DNA of 64,000 nt from the human T2T-CHM13v2.0 reference genome, Homo sapiens (GCF_009914755.1 NC_060940.1), one strand, 5' to 3'; positions 16,860-31,675 are shown, numbered from the stretch's first letter. The notes: generated by a model from the letters alone, not told the origin. Numbers and translations: made by a program.

Positions 16860-16980
16860 TTGAGTCACTTTTTTCCCCCTGTGAGGTAGCTAGTAGGTAC
16901 TGTCATTGTGACCATTTTACAGATGAGGAAGCTGGGGCCCAGAGAGGTTTAATCACTTCCCCGTGGCCACACAGCCCGCA
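16860..16980 (-). mobile_element. MIR fragment
   Basis: CCCTGTGAGGTAG...CCATTTTACAGATGAGGAAGCTGGGGCCCAGAGAGGTT. Confidence 0.85.
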
Positions 16981-18298
16981 GTAACCGAGTCAGTGCGTGA
17001 AGCAGGGCAAGCTGTGATGGACAGGTGCTGCTGCCGGTGGCGTTACTCTCGTGATACTGCTGAGGATGGAATGAGCGCGTGTCTGCAGAGCTTGGCCTGG
17101 CCCGCAGCAGGCAGAAGCATGGGGCATCTCATCCTGTGAGCGTCGTCGGTTTCGGTGTTGGGGCGGGTGTTTGGGTGGACTCGCAGCTGGGCATGTTACC
17201 ACCCCCCACCGCTGTGACTGTCATGGGCAGGTGGATGCCCCCAACCCTGCTCTCTTCCCCTGAACCTTTGCTGTCACCTGGAAGGGAGGGAGGTCACTGG
17301 GTCTGGTGTCATTTCCCTCCCCACCAGCCAGGCCAGTAGCCAGGCCCGTAGTAGTTCTCGTGGCTATTTTACGTGATTGCAAATTGATTTTCCCAGTGAT
17401 CTGTTCTAGAGTCCACCTGGGCGTGGATGCCAAGCTGGCTGACCCGGGATTTCCAGCCGGCGACATCCTTTTCCTCCTGTGGAAGGGGCACATTTGTCTT
17501 TGCCTGGACCCAGGGCTGTGCTCGCTCCAGCCGTGATTTCTCCGGACAAATGGCCGCGGTGCTGACGAGGCCCTGGCACGACTCTGCCTGCTTGCTGCGC
17601 CCTTTCTAGAAGCTTCTGCCTTTTATTTCCTATGTTTCCTTTTCCCCTTTCCACCCCAACTGGGACTCACTTCAGTCAATTATTCCCTTCAGATCTTTTC
17701 AGGGAAGGCGGCAGTGAAAAGGCACTAAAATTGCTGTCTTCTCAATGTTCTCCCATTATTAGATTTCTTTCCGTGGATGTGCGGAGGGGGAGGGGGGCAG
17801 AGAGAGGCGGCGGGCGCAGGGTGGGGGTGGGGGCGGTTCTTTTTAATCTTTCCATTTTTCTTCTCTTTAAAAAAATGACTCTTAATCCTTTGCTGGTGAG
17901 AGTCTTAGACTCTGGAATTGTGTCTTTATGCCAGGGGACGGCGTCTGCATTTTCATTTTTGGTGACTTTCGTGTTTGCCTATGGAACCTGAAGGAGTGGA
18001 TATACATCGTCTGTCTTCTTTTAACCTGAAATGTCAGCTTCACAGAAGCCGGATCTTTCCCTGTCTTACTCACTGCCAAGTCCTCAGTGCCAAGAAGGGT
18101 GCTTGGCCCAGGGCGGGGGCCAGATAAATAATTTAAAATTCACTAACAGGCTTGTTTTATGTCCCCTGGTCCCCACCTCTCTCAGCACAGCTTTGAGCTT
18201 AGACAGTGGGCTTTAGGTACATTTCTGAATCTCAGTCGATAAAGGTGTATCCAGAATGGAAACAGATGGTAACAAATCGTTTAAGAATCATCATGCAA

Positions 18299-18887
<589 letters not shown>

Positions 18888-19059
18888 CTAGCTTGGGTTT
18901 AAGAATGAACAGAGACACTTCCTGCAGGTCAGCAGGTCAAGGGGTTTCTCCCACATGTCAGGCTGACAGGCTCTGCAGGTGGCTGGGAGGGTGGGACGGT
19001 GCGAGGGTGGGCTGGAGCCCTGAGCTGCTCCACTCCCGGCTCTGCCCAGGCCCCCAGTC

Positions 19060-19245
19060 TAGGAGGTTTTGCAGCCTCTCTGAGCCTCTGCACGAGTTTC
19101 CTCATCTGGAAAATGATGATGATAATGGCAGTGTCTACCTCACAGGCTGTGGCAAGGATTAAGTGAGTTAAAATATGTGGAAAGTATTTAAAACAGAGCA
19201 GGGCACAGAGCAGATGCTGCACCTGTGTTGATTATTATTTTATTG
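19060..19245 (+). mobile_element. MIR fragment
   Basis: CCTCTCTGAGCCTC..GTTTCCTCATCTGGAAAATG..GATAAT...CTACCTCACAGGCTGTGGCAAGGATTAA. Confidence 0.85.
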
Positions 19246-19368
19246 CCATTATACTTATTATTCTTCCATCCACTGAATTGAAACCTTCCTGACTGCTGAA
19301 AGTCAATTCATCACTGCATGCAAGAACATGCGAGTTTTTCTAAGCTCTCTAGGGGCTCTGTTGTTTAC

Positions 19369-19969
<601 letters not shown>

Positions 19970-21284
19970 TGTTATTTACATTTTTTAATGTGTGAGTTTC
20001 AGATGGGCATCAGGCTTTAGGGAATAAGGCCTCGTGGTGATGGCTAGGGTTGGATCCTAGCCTTGCCTGCTAACGAGCCAATGGCCTCAGTCCCTGGGCC
20101 TTTGGGGATGCTCAGGACATACCCTCGGTCTCTCGGCAGTGGAATAGAGACCGGCAGGTGGTCTCTCTATCCCTGGGCTGCCTGCCGTCCCTCCACAGGG
20201 ACTTGCAGGTGAGCAGGTGGGATTGTGTCTGCAGGGCCCGGTGGCCAGCCCTCCAGCCCATCACTGCCACCTCCCTGACACCTCGGGACCCACCAAGCAG
20301 AAGTGATATCTCCTGAGGCTGTTTGCTGTGGCTGTCACTGTGTTTCCATGATCCCGTGACAGAAACCCTGCCCTGGCGTTAACTCACACTGTAGCCAGTG
20401 CATCCGGACGTGTATTTTTAAAGGGTATAATTTCTATCAACTTCAATTAGAGCTATTTTTATGTTTGTCACCCTGAAGAATTTCCCTGTAGCTGAGCTGC
20501 CATTTTTCACTGTAATACCCTTGGCAGGGGCTGGGGAAGAAATTAATAGTCTAGTGATCACTTTAGCTAATGCCCTGTCAGCGCTTGAGAAACTGACTGC
20601 CCTGGGTGAGGCGGCTCTGCTCCTTCAGTCATTGTGTCACGCTCATCTGCGGTGGCCCACGCTTGAGCTGAGAGCTCAGGGCGTGGGCCTCGGCAGCCCC
20701 ACCAGCCCCCACTCTCATATCCTTTTGGGAGACCTGCTGGATGAATTCCTCCTCCTCAGAGCGCATGTGTTGAGGATCTGTCTCTGTGAGGTTCAAGGCG
20801 CACCAGGGCGAGAGTCTGTCATCTTCAGGCTGTCTGACGTTTGGCAGTCTGTTAAACATCTCTGAGCCACATCTAAACAGGGAGCACACCCTAAGGATTA
20901 GCTGTTCATAGCCACTGGCCTCCCCAGCCCGGGACATCAGAGGAGGCGATGGTAGGGTGAAGGGAGCACTGTGCTCCACAGGTGCCTAGCAAATGGGGCA
21001 TCCCTGCTGGTTCCCCCTTTTCAGCGGCACCCCCTCTCCATGCACAAATTGTACCCCTCTCCAAGCCATTTGTGCATGAAGAGGGGGTGCCGCTGAAAAG
21101 GGGGGCCAGCAGAGAAAGCCGGGCACAGGCTCTGAAGATAGGAGGGGGTGGCAGGCAGCAGGGAGTGGGGAGCAGAGGCTGTGGAGAAGGCCTGGGGGTG
21201 CAGAGGGAGCAGCTGAGCTGCTGGATGTGCCTCCCTCAGCCTCTCAGGGAGGAAGGTGCTTCTTGATCCTGTTAAACCCAAAAT

Positions 21285-21636
21285 CAGCAAGCAGTTCAAC
21301 AAAGCGTGGCGCGTCCACACTACGGCACGCTCCTCAGCAATGAAAAGAAACAAAGCATGGGTGCACAGGGCAACCTGGGTGCATCTCCAGAGGACCGCGC
21401 TGAACGGGAAGGCCAGCCCCAAAGGACCGAGCACTGTGTGATTCCATTTCCATTACGTGCTTGAGGTGACCGAGTTCTAGAATGGAGAGCAGATTAGCGG
21501 TTATCAATTCCTGCTTGTGGCGGGTACTACAGTGAGCAAGGGGTTGCCCTTGGAGGCTGGGTGAAGGGTGTCGGGGATGGCTCCATTACTGCTTACAGCT
21601 GCAAACAAATCTGCAGGTATCTCAGCTTAAAAAGTT
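21285..21636 (+). mobile_element. Old L1M 3' fragment
   Basis: CTCAGCAATGAAAAGAAAC, ACTGTGTGATTCCATTT, AATGGAGAGCAGATTAGCGGTT, GGCTGGGTGAAGGGT. Confidence 0.75.
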
Positions 21637-22225
<589 letters not shown>

Positions 22226-23290
22226 TGCTGAGGACGCCGTGCCAGGGCCTGGGAGTGCTGTTCCCAGGTTGCTGATGGTCTGGGGGTGCGGATCTGCAAT
22301 CCAAATCTCTGGCACTGGGATGTGGCACTAATGGACATGGGGTGGGATGCGGCCAGCCCTGCCCGGCGGGGGAGCTAGGGATAGTGCCCAGGGGAAAGGG
22401 TACGGTCCCTGGCTGAGGAGGAGGCAGAGAACATTTCTGGGAGAAAGGCAGGGGGCATTTTATGATGGGAGGGGACTCCTAGGCAGTTGGCAAGGTTTGT
22501 GAGCAGCCCGCGCGTTGCTTTTGCCCGGAACCCTGGGCCGAGCGGGGTCCTGCCCGGGGAGCCTCCTTGGCTGACTGCCCGAAGCTCCCAGGACGACAGC
22601 AGCCCTTGTTTCGGGGCTGAGAGCTGCCCTCCTGAGAAGCTGTGATGGGACAAATGTGTAGAGGACAGGTGTGCGGGGCACATTTGATGGGCACCAGGAG
22701 CATGTGTGAAGCGCAGGGCTGCTCCCCGTTTATCCTTCAGTGCCCTTGGCGGGCCAGGCCCTGTCCCAGAGCTTCACAACACAGACTCATTGGCCCTTGC
22801 GGCTGCCCCAGGAGGCTGGCACTGTCACTGTTTCCATTTCACAGATGGGGTAGCCAAGGCCCAGAGAGGTAGAGCCACTTGCCTGCAGGCACACAACTCG
22901 TCAGGTGGTGCTGGACTTTGAAGCAGGCAAGGCTGAGTCTATGCCCTCAGCCCCAGCAGGATGCAGCTTCCCAGGCTGGAGAGAGAAGGGAGGGGAGGAG
23001 CCGGTGGTGTAGACAAGCTGGCTGGTGCCATGTGTGCTTCAGAACGAGCTGTCTGCCGCCTTCAGGCAGATGCAGGTGACCCGTGGGTGCTGCTGTAGCC
23101 AGCTCTGCTCTGCCCTCACCGTGGCTCACAGGTTCGCCTCTTCTGTCAAGACTCAGCCGCCCCCTCCCACAGGCCCTCCTCCCTGACGGGTTTTGCCTAC
23201 AAGAAACTTCCTTGTGTTTAGGAGTCGGCGTACACCGTGCCCCACCTCCCACCCCCTCCTAAACCCCAGGCCTCCTCTCTGCTTCTAGAG

Positions 23291-23617
23291 CAGGGGCCTG
23301 CGGGCCAAGTCCAGCTGGCTGCCTGTTTTTGGATGGCCCATGAGCTAAGAAAGGCTTTCACGTTTTTAAATGGTTGCCAAAAACAAAACCCAAAGGAAGA
23401 ACAGTATTTCACCACAGATAAAAATTATATGAAATTCAAATTTTAGTGTCCGTAAATAAAGTTTTATTGGAACAGCCACACATGTTCATTTAGGTATTGT
23501 CTGAGGCTGCTTGGGTGCTGCAGTGGCAAAGCTGAGTGGTTTTGACAGAGACCATTCAGCCCACAAAGCCAAAAAATACCATCTGGCCCTTTAAGAAAAG
23601 GTTTGCAAATGTGCTGC
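23291..23617 (-). mobile_element. MER58 (B-like) hAT-Charlie DNA transposon relic
   Basis: GTAAATAAAGTTTTATTGGAACA, GAGCTAAGAA..TTTCACGTTTTTAAATGGTT, ATCTGGCCCTTTAAGAAAAGGTTTGC. Confidence 0.9.
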
Positions 23618-23624
23618 TGCCTCT

Positions 23625-24015
23625 GGGCCATTGCGCTTGCTGTTCCTTGTTCCAGGAACACTCTTCCCCAGCTATCTCTGTGGCTAGTGTCCTCGTTTCC
23701 TTCAGGTCTTTTCACAAACATCCTCTTCTCAGTGTGGCCAGCCTATGGAAAATGATATCTCTACCATTGCCCACCCATCCGTTACTTTCTCCACCCACCC
23801 GCCCTTCTCTCCATCCTGTTCTTGTGCTGTTTGTCCTTATGGCACTTCCTACTGATGGACAGATGAACAGTTTGTTTATTCATACTCATGTTAAAATACT
23901 GTGTGTCTCCCCAGCCAGAATGTCAGCAGGGATTTTTAGCTGTTTTTCTTGCTGCTACATCCCAGGCACAGAGCCTAGCACATAGTTGGTACTCAGTAAA
24001 TGTTTACTGGATGAA
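23625..24015 (+). mobile_element. L2 3' end running into the GGAT array
   Basis: CTTGCTGTTCC...CCTTCAGGTCT...GCCTAGCACATAGTTGGTACTCAGTAAATGTTTACTGGATGAATG. Confidence 0.85.
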
Positions 24016-25140
24016 TGGATTGATGGATGATGAGCAAATGGACAGGTGGATGAGTGGATGAACAGTGGATATGTGGATGGGTGGATGGATGACTGGATGG
24101 ACAGATAGATAGATGGTGGACACATGGACACGTCAATGAATGGACAGATGGATGGGTGGATGGATAGATGCATGGACAGAGGGACAGGCAGTGGACAGAT
24201 GGACAAGTGGATGAATGGATGGGTGGATGAACAATGGATAGGTGGATGGATGCATAGATGGAGGGGCGGGCGGGTGGATGATGGATGGATGGATGAACAA
24301 TGGATGGGTAGATGGATGGATAGATGGAGGGGCGGGTGGGTGGATGAATGGATGGATGGATGAACAATGGATGGGAAGATGGATGCATAGATGGAGGGGC
24401 GGGTGGGTGGATGATGGATGGATGGATGATGGATGGGTGGATAGATGATGGACAGATGGATGAATAGTGGATGGGTGGATGGATGATGGATGGATGGATG
24501 ATGGGCAGGTAGATGGATGGTGGACGAGTGGATGGATGGTGGGCAGGTGGGTGGATGATGGATGGATGGATGATGGGCGGGTGGATGGGTGATGGACAGG
24601 TAGATGGATGGTGGATGAGTGGATGGATGGGCTGATGGGTGGATGATGGATGGATGGATGATGGACAGGTAGATAGATGGGTGATGGATGGATGGTGGAT
24701 GGGTGGATGATAGGCGGGTGGATGGGTGATGGACAGGCGGATGGTGGACGAGTGGAGTGATGGTGGGCAGATGGGTGGATGATGGATGGATGGATGGATG
24801 GATGGATGATGGACAGGTAGATGGATAAGTGGTGGATGGATGATGGATGGATGATGGGTGGATGGATGAGTGATTGACAGGTAGATGGATGGTGGATGAG
24901 TGGGTGGATGGTGGACAGGTGAGTGGATGGTGGGCAGGTGGGTGGACGGTGGATGGATGGATGGATGGACAGGTAGATGGATGAGTGGTAGATGGTGGAT
25001 GGATGGATGGATGGATGATGGGCAGGTGGATGGGTGATGGACAGGTAGATGGATGGTGGATGAGCGGATTGATGGTGGACAGGTGAGTGGATGGTGAACA
25101 GGTGGGTGGATGGTGGACAGGTGGGTGGATGGGTAGATAT
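24008..25140 (+). repeat. ~1.1-kb complex (GGAT/TGGA)n tetranucleotide array
   Basis: Directly visible, with variant units GGGT, GGAC, GAT and AGAT. Confidence 0.99.
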
Positions 25141-26313
25141 GAGGGTGTGACAGAAATGTGGATGCAAAGCTGAGCTGAACCAAATAACGTGGCTCTTAGA
25201 TGTCACGTGACAGGGTCAGAACTTTGGTAAGGGGTTGGCGGGATAAGTGTGGTGTTTCAGGAAGGCCGCTGCTCGGTGGTGTTGAGAGCTGTGGCTGGCA
25301 GGGCTGTACACCCAGGTCTAGCCGGAGGCTCTCACCCTTGGAGGCAGGAGATGAGCAGGTATGGGGCAGGCTGGGGGTTGGGGAATACCTCTGGGGCTGG
25401 GAGGGGTCCCTGGGAGAGACAGGATGTCCGTGGTGAGCCGGTCTGAGCTCAGCCTAGCTCCCACTGCCAGCCCCTAGGAGGAGGTTCTTGGGCTGATGCC
25501 AAGGTCTCAGGGCCTCCACATCTTGGGGCGCTGGCCTCTCACCCTGGCCCGGCTGGATTCCCCAGCAGCACCCAAGCGCCCTGTTGCCTGACAGCCATGA
25601 GGAGGCGCTCTTGCCTCAGCAAGCAGTGAGCTCCTGCCCTGTGCCAGCCTTTCAAGGGACCATCAGCTGCCTCCGAGCCTGAGTGTGTCCTGAGGCTGTC
25701 AGTTTCGTCAACATGGATGGATCCCCGCTTTCTAGTGACCCTCCTGGAAAGACCCGTGCCCCACCCGCCCATCCCACAGTGGGATCAGACACAGCAAGTG
25801 CACCAATGTTTCTGTCGCCAGTGACCTCATCCATATAATGGGACACACAGTTCCTGCCTCACTGAGTTGTTTAAGGCTTAAATGGGTCAGCCCCTGCAGG
25901 GACAAGCTCAGGCCTGGCCCTCAGTAGATGCTGTGGACATAGTGGCTGCGGGCATTGCAAAAGCCATCTTTGCCACAAGCTTCCGCTCTAGGACCTTCTG
26001 TTCCACCTGGTCAGGGACAGACAGCAGCTCCTGGGCTTGGGGACAACCCCAGTGTCAACTGAACCCAGATTTTTCAGCCCCAGCAGCCCTCGAGGCCTTG
26101 AACCAGGGACTTTCTTGTCTTCCAATGACAAGCTTTTCTTTGCGGCAGGCGGGGTGGGGTCCCCTTCTTTCTTCTACTCTTTATGTAGCAAAGGCATTCA
26201 TGGACTTCTTGCGCTAAGTTGGAGTGCACAGCTGCCTCATGGTCCAGGACGCATGGTCCAGGGCTCGAAAAAATAAAAAGGCGGTTCTGCCCCAGGCTTC
26301 AAGTTTGGCCAGG

Positions 26314-26545
26314 CCACCTACCTGTCCTCCATCCATCCATCATCCATCCACCCATTCACTATTCATCTATCTGTCCATCATCTGTCCACCCATCTATCAT
26401 CCATCCACCTGTCCATCATCCATCCATCCATCATCCACCCACCTGCCCCTCCATCTATCCATCCATCCACTGTTCATCCATCCATCCATCCATCCATCCA
26501 TCCACTGCCTATCCATCTGTCCATTCAGTCCATCAACCCATCCAG
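26314..26545 (-). repeat. (CCAT)n array, an inverted relative of the 24.0-25.1 kb array
   Basis: Its reverse complement shares rare interruptions with 24340-24520. Confidence 0.95.
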
Positions 26546-27019
26546 TTTAAAGCTATGGGTGGGACTCTCAGCTCCACCTTTGCGGAGGAGGAAGCTGAGG
26601 CCAGGAACATGACATGGAGAGGCATTCCCTAGATTACCTTCACTCCCGCCCAGGTCCCAGCTCTTTCTTGGTCACCCGGCTGCATCTGGCCCCTTTGTCC
26701 ACTTGATCTTGGCCACTGCCCATCCATGAAATGCAGGCTCCTTTCCCTAACCCAGACATCCGGGGCAAGGTGCTCTGTGCCTGCTGGAAGAGGATCCAGC
26801 TGGACAACCTCTGCCCACTTTCTGTCCGCTCAGCCTCAGTTTTCCCATCTATAAAATGGGTTGGTCATTCTCACCTGGCCTGCCTGGCTCTGGATCGTGC
26901 TTTTGTGCATGTGTTTCGTGGATTGTCCAGGAGACTCGGGCAGCTGCAGCCAGCCGTCACCTGGCCAAACTTGAAGCCTGGGACAGAACTGCCTTTTTAT
27001 TTCTTCAAGCCCTGGACCA

Positions 27020-27520
27020 TGTGTCTAATTGAGCTTCTGTTGTCCTCCCTCCCTCCAGCCCCCGAGAGATGGGGGAGAGTCTGATCCTGACCCCCCAGCT
27101 GCGGCGCCCTGCCCGAGACAGCCAACCCCCACCGCCCTGCCGCTCCCCAACCCCAGCCGGGAGCGCTGCAGCCGGAGCGGCCCTAATTGCAGTCACAGAT
27201 GTGGCAGCCACCAGCCTCTCCCGCGCGATCTGCCGTGTGGCGTGTGCTTAATTAGTCCCTGATTACTCATTTGCCGGGTGCTGTGTGTATTCCATATCTA
27301 ATAACTTTCCAATTACACCCGGTCGCCAGCGCACATTTAATAACCCTTTAGTTGTCTGCTTATCAGGGACTCTGCATTCGGCATCTCCAATCTCCCCCTG
27401 ACCCGAAGCCTTATCATTCCCTTTATTGCAGTATTTGGAGCCTCTGCTTGCCATTATGGAGCTATTACAGGGAATTAAGGGGCGTAAAATACTGTTTTTG
27501 GCTTCTGACACACTAGCTTG
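27020..27520. promoter_or_regulatory. Candidate conserved developmental enhancer
   Basis: Repeat-free and CpG-retaining. Many TAAT/ATTA cores, two CTTATC (GATA), TTTATTG and CGTAAAA (posterior HOX/CDX), and a CAGATG E-box. Confidence 0.6.
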
Positions 27521-28913
27521 CAGCACAGAACAAGAAATCCCATCAGGGCAGGTTGAGCAGAATGTCTTCGTAGGTGGGCTTTGGTGCGGGGCCACAGCGG
27601 GTCAGGACAGCGGGAGAAGAGGGCTCCCGTGGCAGGGCTGGCCTGTCCATGTTCCCTTCTCTCCCTCCCTGGCAGACGACAGCACTGGTGCTGCAACCTG
27701 AGTGTCCCCAGCAGGGGCAGGGGCCTCTGGCCAGCCCGGGAGGTGCTCCTGGGCTGGCTGTGCCCGCCGCCCTCCCTAGCCAATGCACACACCCTGCCAG
27801 CGCCCTGGGGAAGGGACTGTCTTTCCCCCTACACTTGGCTTCGTGCCTGTGCTTGATTTTTCCTCGGGGCGAAGAGGAGGCGACGCTGTGTTCTTTTGTG
27901 TTGTCAGGATGCTGGCGTCTCTTCCCCCTCCTGCGGTTGTGTTCCTTGTCTCATCTTCCCTGCTTTGCTCTTGAGATAAATCAGCCTCAGCCCATCAGCA
28001 AACCTCCCCTCTCTGCCATTCACCAGCAGCACAAACCTACTTGCCCCAGAGTGCGGCCTGGGTTGCTGTACGGCCGCTAGGCGTGGGGGTGCAGAACCAG
28101 GCTCTGCCAGTGTTTACTGAGCACCTACTGTGCCCTGGACACTGTGCGGGGACTAGGTACTTGACAGAGGACACATGCTGGCCTGCATTCTCGGCTCTCA
28201 CTGTGACCAGCTGGGTGACGTTGGGCAGCTGACTTGACTTCTGAGCCTCTGAGAATTCAGGTGGGGTTGCTGGGATGATTAAATGGGCTGCCGATGGCAG
28301 GTGCTCAGCTGGCACCTGGCACATAGTAGGTACTCGGGACAAGTAAGGCAGGGGTTACTAGCCCACTTTCCGGAGACATCAGCTGAGAGCCAGAGCAGTT
28401 GTGGCTCGCTTGGTTTCTCCTAGTCACGCCAGCAGGTGAGTGGCAGCTTGGACTCAGGCCTACGTGTGTTTTACTCAAGATCAGCAGTGCCGGCTTCCTG
28501 GGGTGCACCTGGAGCTTGCTTGGAAGGAAGAGATGATTCAGGCTGGTCAGGAAAAGTGGGTGAGCCCTGTTCTCCTGACATTTAGCTGTTCAGAGCATCC
28601 TGCCCCTGTGACTTCAGGGACCCTAGACTGTCATGGGGCTCCAGGCCAGCAGCTAGGAGACAGCCCTGCCAGCTGGAGCCGAAACTGCCCAGCAGCCAGG
28701 GTGTGAGGGACACTGGACAGGCCCCGCCCCCACCATCTGCACCCAAGGCCAAGACGCCTTCCCCAGCACACACCCCTTCAAGCTTTGAGGGGCCATGAGG
28801 TCACCGTGATGCTTTGATTCTTGTTCCTGATGTTCCTGCTCTTAGTTCATGGGATCAGCTAGTTTGTTGAGAACCTGCTATGTTCCAAGTGCCTTAGCAG
28901 AAGAGTTCGTTGA

Positions 28914-29300
<387 letters not shown>

Positions 29301-29504
29301 TAGCCAAGACCTGGGGCACCAGCTGTGCCCTGCTACAGAGGAGGCCGGGAGATGGAATCTGGCTGGATGCCCAGGAGGGAGAGGGAACTGGCTGCATGAA
29401 CAGCCAACCAGTTCCTGCCGAAGAGGCTCCTGGAGAAGGGAATTCTCTGTCCAGCAGCCCCTGGGCTGCTGTGGGTCCTCAAACTGGAATGTCCTTTATT
29501 GTTC

Positions 29505-30233
<729 letters not shown>

Positions 30234-31170
30234 CTAATAAAATTAATAAAACTTGGCACTGACCACACGTGTGTGCATGCACATACACACATATAGTCTT
30301 CCTCTTTGGAGCAGGGATGTGGCGTCTGTCTTCCCCCACACCCTCCTCCCCTGAGTCTACCAGGAGTTGGCTTTCTCCAGAAAGCACTCCAGCTCCCTGG
30401 AGAAAGCATAACAATGCAGGATCTCATTAGGCTATTCAGTGGTGGGCTGTGAATCCCCATTTATTTGGAAGAACCCTATTAAATTTCCCCCTTTCATCCT
30501 TCCCCATTAACTAACTAAAGCTTTAAAGGTGGTGGCTGCGGTCCAGGGAAATTCAGGAAACAATGGCATTTTCCCAGCCTGGCCAGTCCTCCGAGGCCCA
30601 GTCTGCTTGAGCCCCTTGAACTGCTCTGAGATGCCATGTTCTCCAGGGCCCCCTGGGAGTGGGGGATGCTGACATCACAGGCCCAGGCACAATAGTACTT
30701 TAAATCCAGACCCACTGTGGGCTTGGAATTCCTGGCCCTGGTAGAGAAGACACAGCACATATGCAGGTTTCAGGGCCTGCTTTTTCAGGGACTGTCGTAA
30801 ATGTGGCCTTAGAAGGATAAGGAAGGGGGGCCCTTTGCCTCTGTTTGATTACCTGGCTGAGAACTTTTGTCTCCACCTTCAAGATGGTGCTGAGCAGGAG
30901 ATAATCCATAATCACAAAACCCTGTGTGCCCCACAGCCTTGCGTGTCCATTAATATTGACCAGGCTCCCCTGGGAGTCCAGGCCAGCTGCTGACAAAGAA
31001 AGGGGGTAAAATCCTTTCACTCCCAACAAGAGTCATGGTAGTGGGAAGAGCTAGGCCAGGGGAGGGACTGGCACCTGGTTCCCTCTGTTTCTGACACACA
31101 CAGCTCAGCAGACAGTGGTGCCAGGGAACACTGATACCTAGGCCAGGCACTGTTCTAGAACTTTAAGGAC

Positions 31171-31475
31171 TGTATCAGCTCTCTGTTGCTGTGTAACAAA
31201 GTATGACATGTTTAGCAGCTTACAGCCACACATGTTTATTATCACACAGTTCAACTGGGCCCTCTGCTCTGGGCCTCACTAGGCTGCAGATCAAGGTGTT
31301 GGCTAGGACGCAGTCTCAGATGGAGGCTCAACCGTGGAGGAACCCGCCTCCACACTCACTTGGTTTGTTGGCCAGGACGCAGTCTCACCTGGGGACTCGA
31401 CCGGGGAAGAACCCACCTCCACACTCACTTGGGTTGTTGCCAGTCAGTATTCATTTGTCTGTAGGACTGAGGGCT
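31171..31475 (-). mobile_element. MLT1-family LTR fragment with an internal 69-bp tandem duplication
   Basis: TTGCTGTGTAACAAA..TTTAGCAGCTTA..ATGTTTATTATCACACAGTT. Duplicated units at 31297-31365 and 31366-31434. Confidence 0.78.
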
Positions 31476-31487
31476 GCTACGCACCTT

Positions 31488-31675
31488 CCTATACAAGTTC
31501 GTGTGCGGATGGCTGGATGTTTTCAGTTCTGTTGGCTATATGTCTAGGAGTGGAGTTGCTGGGTTGCAGGGTAACCCTATGTTAGACCGTTTGATGGACT
31601 GCCAGCTGTTTTGCGAAGCAACTGCATCATTTTACGTTCCCATCAAAAGCGTTCCCATCAAAAGCACAGGGTTTT
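31488..31675 (-). mobile_element. L1M ORF2 3' fragment
   Basis: TATATGTCTAGGAGTGGAGTTGCTGGGT...ACTGCCAGCTGTTTT...CATTTTAC.TTCCCA. Confidence 0.78.

Noticed and set aside
16540-16980. Tail-to-tail MIR pair (and the L2 pair at 45535-45965) as a possible miRNA hairpin
   Set aside because: The arms are highly diverged and separated by hundreds of nucleotides, so there is no compact pre-miRNA stem.
23993-25206. 396-aa and 357-aa His/Pro/Ser/Ile-rich ORFs
   Set aside because: Translations of the (CCAT)n strand of the microsatellite, which lacks stop codons by composition.
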